A stretch of 64,000 bases of DNA from Mycoplasmataceae bacterium UBA3729 (GTDB taxonomy: Bacteria > Bacillota_I > Bacilli_A > Mycoplasmatales > Mycoplasmoidaceae): the NCBI GenBank assembly GCA_002372615.1, contig DFHG01000008.1, forward strand, positions 36,590 to 100,589. The letters are read 5' to 3'. The first letter of the stretch is position 1. Every line of letters begins with the position of its first letter. Shown piece after piece: positions 61,676 through 64,000 of the stretch. The notes under the pieces were generated by a model, which worked only from the letters and a program-made list of their open reading frames with translations, searched no databases and had not been told where the DNA came from. The position numbers and the translations under genes are program-made.

Positions 61676-63929
61676 AAATTTTCTTCTTCTTAATATACTT
61701 ATACATACAAATACAAAAAATTAAAACACTAATCCCTAAAACTATTGCAAGAATAATATTAATTATTTGTTTTTCATCATTAACTACATATTGCAAAATT
61801 ATTTCACGGTAAGGATAGGAGATTTTTGCATTTAAAGTTTTTTTATTTAATACTTCTAAAGTTATTTTCATTTGATCTTCATAAAATTTTTTGAATGCTG
61901 GAGACAACTCAATAAGATTTGTTTTAAAATTATCAATAGTAATTTTATTCAAATTTTTACCAAGCAAGTAATTTGTATTGATTTTCTTAATATAAATAGG
62001 TTCAAAGTCTTTAATAACAATGTTTTTATTTAATAATAGTGAATAATTTTCATCATTAACTTTGATTATTTGTAATTTAATATATCCTTTTTGTTCATCA
62101 ATTTCGTTTACTTTATAAGAAAATTTTATTGATATATTATTTCCAAAATAATTATCAATGATACAATCAATTATTTCATTATCTAATTCATTGATATTCA
62201 AACCATATTGATATGTAGTAACAGGAATATCATTAAATTGCGACAAATTTATTTTTCTAAATCCAGTGTAATTTCTGACATTGCTATTAATTTTTATTAT
62301 TAAGTTACCTAATAAATCATTACCAATTAATTCAATTTGATCTTTACTTATAACATTTCTATTTAATCTCATATTTTGATCATCATATACATAAACAAAA
62401 TTATTGACAATATCATTTAAAGTTAAGTAACTTGGAAAATTATTTAGCAATGTTTTTGGTACATCTAAAAATTCTACATGGTCAATAATTGGTTCATCTA
62501 TTGTCATGTAACCATTTTCATAAGGAATTATATGTGAAGAAGAAAATTTGTAATTAAAATTATAAGTATATTCTGGCAAATAATAATATTCACTATTATT
62601 TTCATTAATATTTATTGAATTAATTTTAAAAGCATATTTATTTTGGTTGTTAGCAAAAATCTTAATTTTAGCTAAATGATTTAGTAAATCATTTGTTGTG
62701 AATTGTTGATTATAATCACAATAAGTTTTATTATTATCATTCCATGTAGAATAATTAATTGTAAAATTAATCATTCCTTCATTAATAATTTGTGTTAAAA
62801 TATGAGCAAATTGATTTAAACTACTAATACAAAATTTTTCTAATAAAAGATTAATTTTTGGATTGTGTAATCTAATCTTTTCATCTAATTCTTTTTTATT
62901 TTTAACATTTGTTAAATACTCAATATTATTACCATCAATTTGACCAGTATCAACATATCTATTAAAGTACTCTTCTATTTCATAATCAAAAGAATTATTT
63001 TTAGCATTTTGGTAAATAGCAGAATTTATTAATGTATTGTACTCATTATTAATTTGTAATAATTCTGGATTAAATCCAAATGATAATGTATGTTGATTAT
63101 AATCGATGTTATTAATAGTCACTAATTGTTGACAATTATATGTATTGACAAATTTATTAGCTAAATTATTTACAATTGGTTGTAATGTATATACAAATCT
63201 ACTTACGTAGTTATAAACTACATATACATATTGTGTTTCTTTAACATATACATATGGCAATGCTACTATGTCATAGTTCTCATTATTTAATTCTTTATTA
63301 ATACCACGTATGAAACTAATTTTTTCATTTACACCATATTTGTAAGATGCATCATCTCCGTTTTGTCACACTTTTATTGCCTTTAATTGTTTAATACTTT
63401 GCTTCTTTTGTCAAATAAGATTAGTTTCAAAATTTATGTTGCTAATATCATTAGTTCAAGCGGTTTGATTGTTTTTTGTAAGATAAAGATAATCTTTAAT
63501 TGGTTTATCTCATTCTACTAATCTTTTATTTGAATCATAACCATTATCTCCCCACATGTATGATCCTGAATTTTGTTTTGTATCTTTCTGTTCTTGTTGA
63601 ATATTATTCAATCATAAATTATTTTTAATTTCATTTAAATCATATGGCCAAAATATTTCTTTTGTCGAGAGTGAAAAATTTACATTTTTCCTATTGACAT
63701 TTGTTATTTTTGGTGAAGGACTATTATCATGTCAATATAGGGTTTGTTCAGCCGAAAAATGATTATTTATAAAATTTTTTTTATTTTTTTCGTTTTTTAT
63801 GATACTCTTATATATGCTGTGAGTTGTTGATGTATCAATACATTTGCAGTTTAAGTTAATTCAGATGCCAACTACCCATGTGGTAGTTAGTAGTGAATAA
63901 AAGTAAGTTAAAAATCTAATAAATTTCAT
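61662..63929 (-). CDS. Large exported protein with an N-terminal signal/anchor and a C-terminal transmembrane anchor (755 aa), unknown function
   Basis: N-terminus MKFIRFLTYFYSLLTTTWVVGIWINLNC. C-terminus IILAIVLGISVLIFCICMYKYIKKKK. The frame is continuous for 2268 nt with TGA=Trp. Confidence 0.65.
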
Positions 63930-64000
63930 TATCTTTGCATTTATTCATATTGTTTTTTTAACAAATTGTTACTGATTAATTTAAATAATTCTGTTTTTAA

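Overview
This is an AT-rich Mollicutes (Mycoplasma-like) chromosomal segment that has to be read with translation table 4 (TGA=Trp). In the supplied standard-code ORF track, nearly every conserved gene (uvrA, pgi, thrS, prs, rplA, dnaB, parE, eno, fba and others) is cut at TGA codons. Each becomes one continuous, full-length, in-frame homolog when TGA is read through. I checked that the merged lengths are divisible by 3. After merging I count about 62 protein genes, a 5-tRNA operon (Tyr-Gln-Lys-Leu-Gly, minus strand), and several decayed genes. I found no rRNA and no CRISPR array.

Core content:
- Replication and ribosome genes: the dnaB-rplI-rpsR-ssb-rpsF cluster, rplK-rplA, rpmB.
- Transcription and translation factors: greA, efp, nusB, rpoE (delta subunit), thrS, truB.
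- DNA metabolism: parE-parC, uvrA, ung.
- tRNA and ribosome modification or assembly: tsaB/rimI, yqeH, an MtaB-like methylthiotransferase.
- Glycolysis: pgi, an eno-pfkA-pyk operon, fba.
- Cofactor and nucleotide metabolism: nadD, mtnN, prs, ribF.

Accessory or unusual content:
1. A type II restriction-modification pair (23853-26006). Its cytosine-5 methyltransferase is split by a G7 homopolymer inside SAM motif I, and its stop overlaps the start of an intact HNH nuclease (TAATG). This is a candidate phase-variable switch.
2. Three paralogous BspA-type leucine-rich-repeat lipoproteins. Two are in tandem beside a dead IS element. One of those is fused to a glycerophosphodiester phosphodiesterase domain and the other to a Big_2 Ig-like domain.
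3. An anaerobe-style gene set: a 2Fe superoxide reductase appended to the L11-L1 operon, an L-methionine gamma-lyase, and a YhaM/CyuA-type L-cysteine desulfidase.
4. A lipoprotein-anchored tyrosine phosphatase.
5. A small alternative sigma factor.
6. A fused LspA-RluD open reading frame.
7. A decayed tRNA-Gly copy plus a broken coiled-coil gene next to the tRNA operon, which looks like an integration scar.

All calls come from reading and translating the sequence by eye. No searches were run.
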